Source: the human T2T-CHM13v2.0 reference genome, Homo sapiens
Length of the DNA: 64,000 nucleotides
Assembly (NCBI RefSeq): GCF_009914755.1
Contig: NC_060947.1
Reading direction: 5' to 3' (one strand)
Shown: one piece after another, positions 30,766-46,675 of the stretch
How the letters are laid out: each line of letters starts with the position of its first letter
Position numbering within the stretch: the stretch's first letter is position 1
Notes under the pieces: generated by a model
Database searches by the model: none
What the model was told of the DNA's origin: nothing
What the model saw: the letters and a program-made list of their open reading frames with translations, nothing else
Translations under genes and position numbers: made by a program

Positions 30766-32878
30766 TCTAGCTGGTATATGAAATAAACGTCAGGATGTTC
30801 AGAATCACTCTTCTGTTGGCAGCCGTATCTCAAAGATTTGTCTTAGGGCACAGTGAGGAAGGGCAAAACATGTATTGAACGCCAGTGATGTGATAGAAGC
30901 TTTCCTATGCATTATTTCACTGAAATTACACAAGAATCCTTTGAAATAGATAATAACGTTTTCATTTTTTAGATGAGGAAGTTAAAACTCAAGGAGATAA
31001 AGTATAACAAGTGGTTATTTTGAATGTAAATCCTTTTAGTACAGTAGGGTTGTCTCTTCCATCTCAAGATGTCATTTATGACTCTGGTTCTGCTTTATAT
31101 TCGACCTCTTATTACAGGAAGATCATGATTTTTGGTACCCATCTCAAGACACAGGTCTCTTTTTACATGAGAAAGATATAGGTGTTTTAGGGGCTAGTTG
31201 AAGTGAGGGAAGGGAAGGATGCTTTCAGTTTCTTAAGCTAAGTTTACTTTAAAATTATTTAAATTTTATTTCTTTACAAGTATCCAGTGGCTTCTGATGG
31301 AATACCATCTTATTTTTGTATTAGAAAATGCACTCACTATGCCCCAACTGGGTGATAATACATGGGTTGACTATTGAGATTGGATCAAGGTTACTCTTAA
31401 GTTTCTCACGAGAGGCAATAGTTGACAATTTACTCCCTTGGAGAGTGCCTCTTGCTGCTGGGAAATCCCTGTTGTTACATTTTCCACATTGGCTCAGAAA
31501 TCCACAAGCTTAAAAGGGCACTGTTGATAATGATAAGCCCCAAATTTGTCCAATGATCTCCCCCACTCTCCTAATCCATTGGATTTTAAGGGCAATGGTT
31601 TTCTTTAGCTGGATTTTTAATAGCGAGTTTAAACACAATTTTAATTTTTCTGTTATATAAAATATAACAATAACAAATCTTTAATAAATGAACTATAAAA
31701 AACCCTGTTCTCTCCACTAAAAAACAAAGGATTTCAGACGAATCTAGAACTACTTGTTTGTGATTTAAATTCTTGGTATCTGCTTTCCTCTTTTCTCTTT
31801 ACCCTTTGCTGTTTCCCTCAAATAAGGATAAATAAAACTCTGGAAAGTAGGCCTTTAAAGTAATATGAGGCTACTGAGAAATAATAATTACGCAGTTTCT
31901 CCCAGGAAATCTTATTCTAGAAGAAGATCCAAAGTCACTTACAAATATTATTTCCTAATATAAAAATGATTTTTAAAGTATTGGTGATAATTGTTAGCAC
32001 TGGTGGATGGAAGTAGTCTATGTGATATCTTTCTTTGGGTTAGCGTCTCTTAATTATTAAAGAGGTAGGAGGAGTGAAGTGAAAATGAGAGCCAGTGTGC
32101 TGAGATTTTGGAATACCTTTGTAACTTATTAAACTAGTATTTTTTGTGACAAGATACGAGTGGGCAGAATAATATAGTAACCTGCAGATCTTACAAATTC
32201 TTTGCTTTTAAAGTCCTTGTGGGATAAATTAGATTAAGTTTCAAGTGGAAATTAATGAGAAGGAAACCTGGTAGCATGCCATTGCAAAAGATTATAAAAT
32301 TTTGCATTTGGATGTGGATTAATACACAGCCTAGGGAGGCCTTGAAGCCCCCTTTTCCTTTTTATTTTTAAGTCTATTTTGTGTTTGCTCAGTTTTCCTG
32401 GAATCGTGCACGTTTGGCTCTAGCGACCTAATAATTTCTGTAATCAAATGTATTATGGCTGCTAGAATACTCAGAGTAATTACTAATTGTACTTTTTAAA
32501 ACAGGTTTATAATAAAAGTGCTAGTAGTTGTGTCAAATGGGCATCAATATTGTCTTTTCACAGGTGTGATCTTTCACGCTTAAACTCTTCCATGATTTTG
32601 AATTGCTTTGTGGTAGAGGAATGAGCTAATGGGTAAGGAATTGTATGAGGGATCTCACAGTGTGTACGTTATTTAAAAGTAATGAAGTCAGTGTTTCAGA
32701 GTACTCTGTGGATCTATAGAAATACCATCTGTATTTGTGTTTGTTCTCAATGTGTGTGTAGAGAGGCATAAAAAAGAAATTGGGCAAGCCTATGGCACTG
32801 AGTGGACATATATTTTTAAACCATGAAGAAAAGGGGTATCAGTTGTCAAATGTCTGATGTGGTAATTGAAGTGATTGT

Positions 32879-32893
32879 TCACTAGATGGCGAT
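32879..32893 (+). promoter_or_regulatory. Candidate CTCF site TCACTAGATGGCGAT
   Basis: Close match to the CTCF core CCACYAGRKGGC; motif only. Confidence 0.5.
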
Positions 32894-33276
32894 AGACACC
32901 CTGAGATCATTAATCAATTAAGGATTTTATTCTGTGAACAATAGTGAAGGCAATTTAATGAGTTAAATCTGTCCACATTTTAGACTTTTATTAATTTTGG
33001 AACTATTAAAGAAAAGCTAAAACTGGCCCAAAGGATTGTAATACTCTAGTGTTTAAAATAATTATGATTTTTTAATCATTAGTTATATTGATAGGAACAG
33101 TAATTTATCATAGCAAGTTAATTCTTCTATCGAGTAGCTAAATTCTGATTTCTGGCCATGGAGACACGATACATGACTCCCTCAGTCACAGTATCAGAAG
33201 CTAATCTAAAGGGAATTGGAAATGATTTTGATATATGATTTTGCCTTTTTGAATTTGTTTTTTTATTGCGAAATTT

Positions 33277-33918
33277 TTTATTTTATTTTATTTTATTTAT
33301 TTATTTTTGAGATGGAATCTCTCTCTGTCGCCCAGGCTGGAGTGCAGTGGTGCCATCTCGGCTCACTGCAAGCTCCGCCTCCCGGGTTCACGCCATTCTA
33401 CTCTCCCTCAGCCTCCCGAGTAGCTGGGACTACACTACAGGCGCCCACCACCATGCCCAGCTAATTTTTTGTATTTTTAGTAGAGACGGGGTTTCACTGT
33501 GTTAGCCAGGATGGTCTCGATCTCCTGACCTCCGGATCCACCTGCCTCGGCCTCCCAAAGTGCTGGGATTACAGGCATGAGCCACCACGCCAGGCCTATT
33601 TTATTTTATTTTATTTTATTTTATTTTATTTTAAGAAACAGGGTCTCACTTTCTTGCCCAGGCTGGAGAGCAGTGGTGTGATCATAGTTCACTGCAGCAT
33701 TGAATTCCTGGACTCAGACAATCTTCTCCCCTCAGCCTCCCTAGTAGCTAGGACTACAGGCATATGCCACCATCCTTGGCAAATTTATTTTTATTTTTTG
33801 TAGAGATGGAGTCTTGGTGTATTGCCCAGGCTGGTCTCCAACTCCTAGCCTCGAGGGATCCTCTCACCTTGGCCTCCCAAAGCTGTAGGATTATAGATAG
33901 GAGCCACTGTGCCTGGCT
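33277..33918 (-). mobile_element. AluY (~33277-33596) inserted into the tail of an AluJ (~33597-33918)
   Basis: Two tandem antisense Alus with (TTTTA)n tails; outer TSD tttattg(c/g)g(a/g)aattt. Confidence 0.9.
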
Positions 33919-34474
33919 TTATTGGGGAATTTAAAACTGACTATGTACTTATAAGTATACTCATTGCATAACTTTAGTTTAACGGGAATATTTGTCTTGA
34001 TGGAATAATTAGTACTTACTGACATTGGTATTATTTTATTTCTCTACTCTCTTATTTCTGTGTCCTTGAGAAAGCCATTTTTGGTCTGGATTTTTTATTG
34101 CATTTTAAAATGTATGCTCTGATGTTTAGGTATAGAGTCCATGCATTTTCATTTTCCTACCTGATAGGCTGAAATAAGCTTTGCCAGCCTGCTTGCCAGT
34201 TGGTCGTAGACTGCCTGGCTTTTAGTTGTGTTGGAGCTGGAATTTGTGCACATTAAAAGTGTATCCAAATCATTAATGCAAACATTACAATCTTGGCAAG
34301 CCTTTCTGGGATTTTCTTGGTGATGTGGTAGCACCTATCAGGATCCCTTGGGAAATGGCACTAGGACAGAGGGCTCTAGCCTTTGTTGATGTTGGTGATG
34401 AAAGAGAATGAGTGACTATGAAGAATTTTACAATTAAATATTAAGAGAAGTCTTTCATCTTTACCTGTAAATAA

Positions 34475-34818
<344 letters not shown>

Positions 34819-34839
34819 TGATCTCTTAATAGCCTAGTT

Positions 34840-36180
34840 TTTCTTTAAAAAAGTAAAAGCAATAAAATATTATAGAGACAACTAAAGACCATTTCCTCCC
34901 CATCCTCTCTCATTTCTTTTTCTTTTTCGGAGGTAACTTGCCCAGAGTTGGTTTTGTCATTCTTGCCCATGGGTTGTTCTTTTTTGCTTCTGCAACGTGT
35001 ATATACATGTGGTGTGTTAAAAGTTTTTACCATGTATGTGTCATGCTATACATATTCTTTTGCAGTTTGGAAAAGCAGGAGAAAAACTCTACTCTGTATG
35101 CCACATTTTAAGTATATTCATCTTGATACATTTTTAGATTTGATTCATTCATGTTAACTATTGTATAATATTTCGATGAATATAGCACAGTGTATTTTTT
35201 AATTCTGCCATCATCCATATCTTTAGGTTTCCAAGTTTTCATTTGTCTTAATTATTTGCTGTTACAAACAGTACTGAAGTAGACAATACCACCTTTGTGA
35301 GAGTTTCTCTGGTATATTTCTAGGAGTGGAATTTGTACAACATCCACAGCAGTATATGAGGCTTTATTGATAAGAGCAGCCATTTAATTTATCACAGCAA
35401 GCTCATTTTTAAAAATCAAGTAGCTAAATTCATATGTCTGGCTGGAGCCACAATACGTAACTCCCTCAGTCACAGTGTCAGAGGCTAATCTTAAGAGAAT
35501 TGGAAAGGATTTTGATATACAATTTTGCTTCTTTGAATTTTTGTTTAGTTCTCTGTTGAGGCATTTTAAACTTACTATATATATACTTAGACTTGTTGCA
35601 TAATCCTTGATATTCCACATCCTTGCAGCACTTATTATCTGAGTTTTTATTTTTTGGTCAGTCTCATGGGTATGAAAGGGTATCTCATTGTGATTTTAAT
35701 TTACATTTTAAAATTATTAGTTAAGTTGGGCATCTTTTCATGTGTTTATTAACTCTTCCATTTTCTTGTCTGAATAGAACATAGATGTTCTATTTTGTTG
35801 GATTGTATGTCTCTTAGTATTCTTAGGTATTCAAAAGCCAATCCTTGTTTTGTCATTTGTGCTGCAGAGATCTCTTTCAGTCTGTGGCTTGTCCTTTTAC
35901 TTTATTTGTAGTCTTTCATTATGCAGAAGTTTCTAATTTTAATGCCAGATATTTAATTTTTTCCTCCTTACACTATGTGGGTTTTTTTCCCACAAGAAAG
36001 CTTTCCCTCCTCTAGTGACGTAGACATTCTCCCCTGTTTTCTTCTAAAAGTTGCAAGGTTTGGATTTTCTTATTTAGGTCTTTAATCCTTCTAGAAATTA
36101 TTTTTAGGAATGATACAAGTTAGGAATCTAATTGTACTTGTTTGCTTCCTTGTAGAGTTATTGAACGTTCCTGTATTGTT
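34840..36180 (-). mobile_element. Old L1M fragment interrupted at 35365-35603
   Basis: cagcagtatatgag / ttccacatccttg...tatctcattgtg L1 consensus blocks. Confidence 0.7.
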
Positions 36181-36189
36181 CCTGTATTC

Positions 36190-36402
36190 CAGGGGTTGGC
36201 AGACTTTGACCCATGGGCTAACTCAACTCAAAACTGCCTTTTTTTGTAAATTAAGTTTGATTGGGACACAGCCCTACCCATTTGTTTATGGCTGCATTTG
36301 TGCTACAACAGCAGAGTTGAGTAGTTGCCAGAGATACTGAGTGAACTCCAAAGCCTAAAATATGTCCTATCTGGCTCTTTACAGAAAAAGCTTGCAAACC
36401 CA
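36190..36402 (+). mobile_element. MER58A
   Basis: caggggttggcagact...aagcctaaaatat. Confidence 0.8.
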
Positions 36403-36543
36403 TGGTCTAAAAGATAGTCATGAAAGAGTAGCTCATATTTCCAACAGTAGCAGATATAGTCAGTGAAAATAGAGGAAATTACACTAAAGGTTGTAAGAAG
36501 GAAGGAAAACAATCTTTTGGACATGTAAAAAATACAAAGTTTG

Positions 36544-36840
36544 GGCCGGGCGCGGTGGCTCACACCTGTAATCCTAGCGCTTTGGGAGGCTGAGGCGGGT
36601 GGATCACCTGAGGTCAGGAGTTCAAGATCAGCCTGGCCAACATGGTGAAACCCCGTCTCTGCTAAAAATACAAAAAATTAGCCGGGCGTGGTGGCAGGTG
36701 CCTGTAATCCTAGCTACTCAGGAGGCTGAGGCAGGAGAACTGCTTGAACCCGGGAGGCAGAGGTTGCACTGAGCCGAGACCGCATCACTGCACACCAGTC
36801 TGGGCAACAGAGTGAGACTCCATCTCAAAAAAAAAAAAAA
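36544..36840 (+). mobile_element. AluSx-like, sense
   Basis: Full Alu with A tail. Confidence 0.92.
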
Positions 36841-37649
36841 TTGAAATTTTACTGATTCTTAGATTGTCATATGAGAACTTCCCTCAACCCAAGTAGAGTA
36901 AAGGGGAGGTCTGTGAATCCTCTGAAGTTGTATGTAATATTTTGTGTGTCTGTGCATATGTGTACTTTTTTGGAGGAGAGGATGCATAGCATTTAAGAGA
37001 CTCAAAGGGGACCATGATGTGAAAAATGATAAAGAACGCTGGTTCTTATGTTTCATTTCTGGCCTCTTATGTAACTTGAGGGGAAACTTTAGCCTTAAAA
37101 ATGTATACTTTTGTCACCTAAAACATGGCAGTGCGAAGAATTTTCTTGCCAAACCAGACCCATTTAAACTGTGTGGGTGGTAGGAGGGATGAGTTCTAAT
37201 TCTGTCTCCAGAATTTTTATAGCCACCATTAAGACTACTTTTAACTTCAGCTGACCTACTAACATTTTGATTTTTTTTAATATGAGAATTTCTTTTAAGG
37301 CTAATATGAAGGTTTAATGTATTTTGGCAGACATATTTTATGTTAAAAAAAAGCAATATCCTTTGTTAGTGATCATGAATTACCTATCACTTTCAAAGTT
37401 GCTTACATTATAAAATTTGAAGCCAGATAATTTTTAAATTTCGTTTCTATTGTCATATTTCAGGGATGTTTGGATTCTAAATTCCCGGCAGTTCTTCAGA
37501 ACTGATAACACATACTATTCAGCTTTATTAATTCACATTCTACTCATTTAGAATTTGTGGTAATTCAGATGGAATGAGTTGAAATTCTTCTTAGTACACA
37601 TTAATAGTTATTTCAGAGCCTAGGTTCTTTTCATATACCATTAAAAATA

Positions 37650-38163
<514 letters not shown>

Positions 38164-38926
38164 TACTGTAGAAACAACTATCTACATTTAAGTAAGTGGC
38201 ATTTTATCTGCAGATCGTTTATATTGATGAACTTGTACTAAGGAACCATCTGTTTGCTTGTCCATTTGTCTACATTCTTTCAAAAATTGATGAAAGTAAT
38301 GTTGGTACTTTCAAATAAAGGTGAAAAAAGGAAGCTGTAATTTGGAAACACCCCATGGAAGCCCAGTCCAGATTATAACTTAGACTTTCAGTAATTTGAG
38401 AGAAATGCGATGATAAAAATTCAAGTATATAGAATAATTTATGCTTATATATGCTTGCATTATAATAAACAATATATACTTATATGAAAAATATATGGTA
38501 AGCATATAATATATATGTTATATATAATCTATTATAACAGTGTTGCATTTATAGAGATTAAATAAGTGGGTTACACTTAGGCTTGATTTTAATTACTCTA
38601 TATGCTTGAAAATACTGAGTATTTCTTTCAAAATGGCTAAGATGTTAGACTTGAGACAAATTCAGAATAACCTTATTCTTCTTTCTTAATAGTTGGAAAC
38701 TAGCATATCTCTAAGATGCATGGATATTGGCCTCTGTGTGCCTTTTAGGTTTTTGGACATTGAAAGGTACAGGTTTAGGAGGACACAAGCCAGTTGATGT
38801 AAGAGACAGCTGGGAAGAGAAAGACTAGGTCAAATCTTGCCTGGGGTCTGTGAGTGTAAGAGAAGAAAGCTACATCAAGGAGGCCATTTAGCCATCTTTT
38901 GTTTATCCCCTTTGCATTTGCTGAAG

Positions 38927-39227
<301 letters not shown>

Positions 39228-42200
39228 TGAAGTTTTTGAGTGGTCACCACATCTTAGTTTTACCTGTGCTTTAAGGAATCCAGGTGTGGGCACCCGCACC
39301 CCTCTCCTACACATACATTATACTACTAAGTGTCAAAGGTAATAAGATATGGTCCTGGGGTTGTGAGTTGGCCTTTCCAGTCTTGCTGAATCTTCAGTCA
39401 ATACTAATCTTTAAAATTCCAGGGCTTCTTTCATCAAGGAAGATGGAATTTCCTTATTCTCAATCCAAATTTGTGCCTTTTTCCACCCATATATTGGATT
39501 TCTTATTACTAGATTTTTCACATGGGTCTGCATAAACTAGTATCAATACTTAAAAATTTTGTATTAACACAAAACAAAAGTCTGCAGCCTCAAATTATTT
39601 CTGTATTCTCCAACCTCTACTTCAGTTTGTCAGGGAGTGCATTTCAGATGTTTTTTTGTTCTACCTAGCCCCTAAGCCCTGTGCTCTACATAGTGGATGT
39701 TTGTTTGCCTTACCTCTGGGATCACACTCACTTGGTAGTTTCTGTAGTTATAGATGGGTAGATAGGGAAGTGGTATATTTTTTAAAGAAGGTCTTGATAT
39801 TTAAGCCTATTTTGAATTTATAAGAATGGCCAGGATACTCAAACAAGAAAAAGGATAATTCGTACATTTGTAGTGGGAACCTAGGAACTTTTATCTGAAA
39901 AGATAGGGACAGAGTATTTTTGCCTTGTAATTTTGCCTTTTTAATTACTGAAACCATTGGGAATGTGGCTAAGGATGAGAAGATAAATGCTATTAAGACT
40001 GACCTTGTGTCAGCACCACTGATCTCTGCTGAGATAGATTAAGTTTCATTACTTTGACTAGAATCACATAAATTGAGTCCTGGAAATCTTTTTCTTCCCC
40101 ACCCCTCACCAGAATGAGTGACTTTGTTAACCCAAATTCATTCCATTTTTCTCCATATGTGAAAATTTTAAATAAACCTATTTTGGTATCTATTTCTTTT
40201 TCACAAGCCATGTGTTATTTGACAGGTGTTTTGAAGCCCTTGCTTTGGCAGTGAACCAAGATGACAGAGCAGTAATGATTTGGAAAGTGCCATTCCCTCC
40301 TTGTTAAGCGATAAAAAGAAAAGTGTGAAGTTATTAACCACTATTCACCAGTGGCATAGAAATCGGTATAAGGTTTAATTGTCTGGTTCTACAGTTGGTC
40401 TAGGTAGGCAATTTCCTGGATAGTGCTTCTCTTAAGGAAAGGGAAGAATAATCATATAACTTCACTTTTTTCTCCCATATAATTTTTTTTTCTTCTTTTC
40501 ACAAATTGCAGATAGATGGATTGGAGAGAAAGGATCACTAGAAAACCAAAATATTGACCTCACAGGCTTTCCCTTTCCTCATCTGCCCAGGTATACATTT
40601 ATGGGTGACATGGCAGCACTCAGCAACATTGCAAATTTCCCACCCCCCAAATGAATCACATGCTCAAGTGTTTGAATCTGATGGTGTACAGGATGTTACC
40701 ACACTGTCTCCTTATGTTAGCCATGCTGAGTCTATTTATTGCTAATTGGAAAAACCTACTTTTGGCAGCCTCGGCTGCCTGGTGGCTTTAGCATACCCGT
40801 CACAACAGTATGGTCAGACCCATTAAAGACACATCCCTGTCAAATTTAGAAAACAAAACAAGCTCATTGGGCTTGTTATGGCTCAGGACCAGCTGACTGA
40901 GGGAAGACTAATAGAATTAGTACCTTCTGTTTGTGTGTTATCATTGCAGTGGGCAGCATGAGCCTGTGTCAATTTGCCAGATCATAAATACTGTGTTAAA
41001 TTACAATGAACTGAGATTGGTAAGTTGTGGGAGTTTTGGAAGGCGGGGAGAAGAATAGTTTTATGTATGTGTGAAGAAGCCGTTTGATTTTCAGCCAGGG
41101 ATTCCTGAGCCCTGTGGTCATGGTTTTAGAGATCTTAGACTTACTTTGAAATTTAGTACCAGAGTCAGGTTGTGCAGCTGTCCTTGTTTCCTTTTTATTG
41201 TTAATTTTGTGGTTGAATTGGCTTGTATCCCTTTTAAACTTGAATGTATGAGTCTCAACATTAAAATTTTTTCTTTGAAAATTCTGTTTTAAAAAGCAAT
41301 ATGAAATAGAATGTAGCTGAAAAGTGAATTTTTACTCACATTTTTAAAAGAGCAACAAAGCATGAGTGATTTCCAGAAATGGTTTCTGTGTCATCTTTGG
41401 AATTCTTCTAATTACTAATTCTTCTTTATAGGCTTGGGTTTGATTTTGTATTACCTGTTTTTATTGGCTTTGTTGTTTTACATTTGACAAAAGATTTGCT
41501 GTTTTGAGGCTAGTGATGAGATTGATTTATTTATTTTTTTATTTATTTTGCCTTAGGACTAAGAGTTGAGCGGAGATGGGAGTGGAACAAAGATATTAGG
41601 TTTCTTTTATGATTTGGAGTGTCAGACATTTGGCTATATTTGTTTCATGGGTTTTTTCATCGCTGCTGACTTAACCACAGACGACATTTTCAGCCCTGTG
41701 CAGGAGGGTGGTGTGCCTTCTGCAGGCAGGGAGGAGGAGGGTTGGGGTGTGGTGGCTTAGAGAAAGGAATCAGCTCATGGGCTATTAATAATGTAAATTG
41801 TTCTTGAGGCCACATGTAACATTTCTGAGCCCTGACCAACAGGGTAGGGTGCGTGTTCTATTTACATTGGACTGCATGGCACGATGTGATGGATAGCTGA
41901 TAATCACAGGAAAAATCCGGGTATTTCTTCTTTAATGATGTCCTGATAGGGCAGAAAAAAATAATTTGTCTTCAGAAGATTGGCTTAGAGTGGCTGAATA
42001 TATTTAATTCAATTACTGGTTCTTGCCTCATAGCCAGGAATTCTTCAAGTGATATTTGCTGAGTGTGTACATGGAGGGAAATGGAGACAAATGACATTGC
42101 TTGTGACCCACTGCCTTGAGAGGAAAGCCTTCGGTAATGATTCCAGTAAAACTAGAGCTAGAGCTTGGGAAGCTAAACTTGTGATTACTTACTAGTAAAC

Positions 42201-42459
42201 AAGAGAAAGGACCTGTTGTAGGTGCAAAAATCTTACTGAAATGCCTGAGTATGCACTGGAGAAAGCCCTGGACTGCACACCAGGGGTGCTCACCCACTTG
42301 TTTACTTTTTGTGGCTTTGAGCAAGTCATCCATTCTGCCTTTGGTTTTTCACTTGTCAGAGGGGTGCTAGATGATGATAATTACTGCTCAGTGGGCTTCA
42401 GTTACAAAGCACCTTAACATAGAGTAGCTATCTACTGTTGTTTCTCAGAACAACCCAGG

Positions 42460-44110
<1,651 letters not shown>

Positions 44111-45009
44111 AGGAAGATAATGTAATTATCCATAGTTTATAGATCAAGAATCTGAGGCACAAGGAAGTTACTTGTAAAACAGCTCACCTAAGTGTCAGAA
44201 CTGGAATCCAGGCTCCCTGTTCTGTATACCTGCTACCTACAGCTTACTGCTTTACTAGGTGAGTGTGTGGACTGAAGAGGCAAACACAGCTGTGTCCCTG
44301 TTTTGCTTCTCCCTGAGTTGGGATCTATTAACTAGTTACTTAACCTCATTGACCCTCTGCTTCCTCATTTTTAATAATGGTAAATGCCCGGTGAGGTTGT
44401 TGGGAAAATTAAATGAGATAATGTGTGTTAATGCCTTGAAATGCGTTTGATACATAATAAGTACTCAGTTAATGCTAGCTAAAAAATAAACAACCTTCTA
44501 CCGTTCTGTCTGCCCTCTCCTCAGAGCCTCTTACCTCCAATTACATTTTTCTCTTGTTTAATGCTTAGCAGTCTTCTCTAAAAAGGCCAGTTTGTATGCT
44601 ATTTGCCCAGTTATTTTTCAAGTTTGTGTTTTTACTTTGCCATTTCTCCTGCTTTTAGTGCCTTTGTCCACCTACACCACTAATTTCTGTGTAGTGTAAT
44701 TTCTGTCAGTCTTCCTCAAAACTCACTTTTTATGACTGATTTAAAACTGATTTTCTTCACTCTGCAACTTAATGAGCTCAGCTTATGTTTACATTTGTTT
44801 CTTCTTAGGAGCTTGATATTCATGAGTTTGCGAAGTTTGTTCACTCAGTTTTACTAAATAGATTCAGGGGCCAGGCATGTTTTTTCATGTCCTTCAGCAA
44901 CATGTAGTAGAATGCTTTAAAGTAGTGGGTACAAAATGGCAAACAGTATTTTTATGCTATTTAAGAAATAGCTCTTTCCTGTCACTTTCTTCTCATTACA
45001 GTCGTAAGG

Positions 45010-46675
45010 TGCAGTTATTACTAAGTCCTGCCAGTGTTACTTCCAAAATATTCGGATTAATCCATTTCTCTCCATTGACACTGCCACTGCTCTGATTAGT
45101 TTAGACCACCATCATCTCTGGCCAGGATCACTGCATCAGCCTCCCTGTGGTGTCTCCCTTCTACTCTTGTCCCCCCCAATCTATTCTCAACCCTATATTT
45201 TTAAGGTGTAATTGCATCATATCATTCTGCTTTGATTCCTCATTGACTTCCTATTTCAGTTTACCTTGGACTCCAAGGTCCTACGTGGATCACTTCACCT
45301 CTCCTTTTACCTCATTTTTGTGCCTCCTACCTGCTGCTCCCTCACCTGCACCCCTGCTTTAGTCCAGCCACATGGGCTACCCTGTTCTTTCAGTTCTTCA
45401 CACACATGAATTCTGTCCCTCCATAGGGACCTTGTGCATCTGGTTTCCTCTGCCTGGAATGCTCCTTCCCAGGCTTGGTGCAGGGTTGTATTTTTCTCTC
45501 TTCAGGTCTCAGCTTATATGTCACCTTCTTGTGTGTGCGTGGTGTTTTTTTTGTTTTTTTTTTTGTTTTTTTTTTTGAGACAGAGTCTTGCTCTATTGCC
45601 CAGGCTGAAGTGCAGTGGTGCTCTTGGCTCACTGCAACCTCCACCTCCTGGGTTCAAGCATTTCTTGTGCCTCAGCCTCCTGAGTAGCTGGGATTACAGG
45701 CACGCACCACCACACCCAGCTAATTTTTGTATTTTTTGTAGAGACAGGGTTTCGCCGTGGTTGGCCGTGCTGGTCTTGAACTCCTGACCTCAGGTTATCT
45801 ACCTGCCTTGGCCTCCCAAAGTGCTGGAATTACAGGCGTGAGCCACTGCGCCTGGCCTTATGCCACCTTCTTGATGAGACCTTTCCTGACTACTCTTTCT
45901 AAATAGATCCATCCAGCACACCGCCATCTCTCATTTTTAAATAAAAAATTTTTTCTCACTAATTTTATAGGGTGAAATATACCCATGTGCCAATTTTCCA
46001 GAATTAATACATGTTAAGATTTTGTCATAATTATTTCAGATTTTAAGTAAAAGAGAGCATTACAGATAGTTGAGGTTGGTAATGTGTGCCCTTCCCCAGT
46101 TTCCTCCTTTCCTCTCCAGAGGCAACTGTTATGAAGCTGATATGTATCTTTCCTTTTTCCATGTTTTTGTTACCTATGAATGTGCTCACTTAATTTATGT
46201 GGATGGTATCTTATCATTTTTCAGTTTGCAACTTTTTTCACTCAACATTATATTTTTGAGTGATATCCATGTTGATGTATACATATCTGATCACTTATTT
46301 GAACTGCTGTATAGTATTCCATCATACAAATATTCTACAGTGTATTTTTCCCTTTCTCAAGTGATGGTCATTTAGATTGTCGTCAGTGTTTTACTGTTAT
46401 GAAAAGTAAGCATTCCTCTACTTGTCTATTTGTACACAGGTGCAAGAGTTTCTCTGTCATGATCTTTTCTAGCTCAACACCCTGTTTCATTCCCATTTTG
46501 GCACTCATCATTTTGTAATCACTGACTTATGTGTTTGCTTGTTTATATACATCTTCCTTATTCAGCTGTGAGCTCCATTGGGGTAGGCAGTGTGTTTAAC
46601 TCACTCCTGCAAACACAGCCCCTAGCATAGACCTTGACACATAGTAGGTGCTTCGTTGGTATTTGTTGAATTAAG
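45010..46675 (+). mobile_element. L2 with nested antisense Alu (45545-45857) and antisense L1ME-like piece (~45930-46460)
   Basis: L2 tail gacacatagtaggtgct...tatttgttgaat at ~46640-46672. Confidence 0.65.

Noticed and set aside
38440-38540. AT-rich imperfect inverted repeat
   Set aside because: Low-complexity (TA)-rich DNA; self-complementarity is expected.
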